From contig NC_057718.1 of the NCBI RefSeq assembly GCF_004010195.1, positions 83,712,624 to 83,776,623 on the forward strand: 64,000 nucleotides of DNA, in the 5' to 3' direction. Positions 62,801 through 64,000 of the stretch are shown here, piece after piece; positions within the stretch are counted from its first letter, which is position 1, and every line of letters starts with the position of its first letter. The notes beneath the pieces were generated by a model. That model made no database searches. It was given only the letters and a program-made list of their open reading frames with translations, and had not been told where the DNA came from. The stretch is from Chiloscyllium plagiosum. Taxonomy: Eukaryota. The position numbers and the translations under genes are program-made.

Positions 62801-64000
62801 CGCCCGATCCAAACTACTCTAGGACGTAAAAGAGATGGCTATTCCACCCGGTCAGTTGCTTTCTCTGCATCTAAGGAAATCATGAACCTCTGGATCGATC
62901 GTTGCTGACATGCTTAGGTCATATTCAGCAACCTTCTAATATTATTAGAAGAACTACAGCTCCTGATAAAACCTGTCTGGTCCTCTTTGACAATATAGGG
63001 CAACAGCTTTTCCGATCTCCGTGCCAAAATCTTAGACAGAATCTTGAATTGTGAATTTAATAGAGAGATGGGGGCACAGTCCTCAGGAACCTTCCCCTTC
63101 TTAAGAATTAAGGAAATATTAGCTTCTCTCAAAGATGGCGGTAGGCATTCAAGCAAACAGGAGTGATTATACATTTCCAGCATCAGCCCTGACAGAATCC
63201 CTGACATAAACTCCTTGTAAAAATCATCTGGGAGACCATCAGGATCAGGCAGTTTCCCACCCTGAAGTTGCCTATCTGCCTCCTGTATTTCCTGAACTGT
63301 CAAGGGGGCATTAAGGAGAGAGACCTATTTCAGGGTTACGTTCGGGAGGTCCAGGCTCTTAAAAAAGGTTTCCATCTTGGCCCTCCTATCCTCTCAACCT
63401 TCAGACCAATACAGTTCAGAGTAAAAACTCTGAAAGCCTCGTTTAATCCTTTTGGCATTGTACGTAGGGACCCTGGCGCTATCTCTAACTCTAGTAATGG
63501 ATTGGGGAGCACGCTTTTTCCTAGTTAAGCTAAATACTTCCCTGGCCTATCCCCATACTCGACCAGCCTTTGTCTAGCAAAAGCAAGTTCTTTCTTTGCG
63601 GATTGTGTAAGTACTGAATTCCAGGCAGCCTGTGATCCACTGTGGCTTGGTCACCAAAGGTCTTGCAAAATGTGCCCCCTTAGTGGCTTCAGCTGCATCT
63701 CAAGTAGACACTGCTGTTCCCCCTTCTTTCGTTTCTGGCTAGCTGAATAGGAAATAGCTGATCCCCGAGCAAAGGCCTTAGCGGTCTCCCATAGTAAAGA
63801 TGGATACTAGCTGTTCCTGAGTTGATAGTCAAGAATTCCTGGTACTCCTTGAAAAGGTATTCCACAAATTTGGAATCTTTTAAGGAGAAAAAGATCCAGA
63901 TGCCAGTGCCGCAAACCTAGCCTCTCGCTCTTGGCCTTAACCTCCAAATATACTGCCATATGATCAGAGATAGCTATGTTTCCAATTTTACAACCCACAA
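59900..64000 (-). mobile_element. L1-clade LINE ORF2 (endonuclease end, RT, C-terminal Cys motif) and 3' end, with an insertion at about 60495-61238
   Basis: ISDH at about 63960; GK.P.PDG.P.DFYK, ANISLILKKGK, PISLLN..FKILSKILA, DQTGFI; ITLYADD at about 62565; CPKC......THCF.TC at about 61245-61290; runs off the window. Confidence 0.92.

Noticed and set aside
1..64000. CRISPR arrays, rRNA, operons or other prokaryotic systems
   Set aside because: No regularly spaced repeat-spacer arrays or dense coding; the sequence is vertebrate intronic and intergenic DNA

Overview
Eukaryotic, repeat-dense genomic DNA, almost certainly from a shark or other elasmobranch (inferred from HE1/V-type SINEs, their partner CR1 LINEs and shark-type Penelope termini). 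Only two host-gene exons are recognisable, and they face away from each other. One is the first coding exon of RDH13 on the minus strand (18242-18309, MMSKYILPLSIAGIVIGGAVLV-K, GT donor). The other is the first coding exon of a Son-of-sevenless gene on the plus strand (43725-43811, [29 protein letters not shown]), lying in a CpG island. I found neither gene's exon 2, so 1-18241 and 43812-64000 are probably first introns. The rest is nested transposon debris: many CR1 copies, L2, L1/Tx1, two Penelope-like element (PLE) families, SINEs, degenerate Harbinger-like elements, solo-LTR candidates, a probable fragmented LTR element and a tRNA-Glu(CTC) pseudogene. The most striking non-coding signal is a set of minimal type I hammerhead-ribozyme motifs (CUGANGA-stem II-GAAACGUH) in the termini of both PLE families, often in inverted, TSD-flanked hairpin insertions. 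Almost all ORFs in the supplied track are transposon fragments or spurious. All calls were made by eye and repeat boundaries are approximate.
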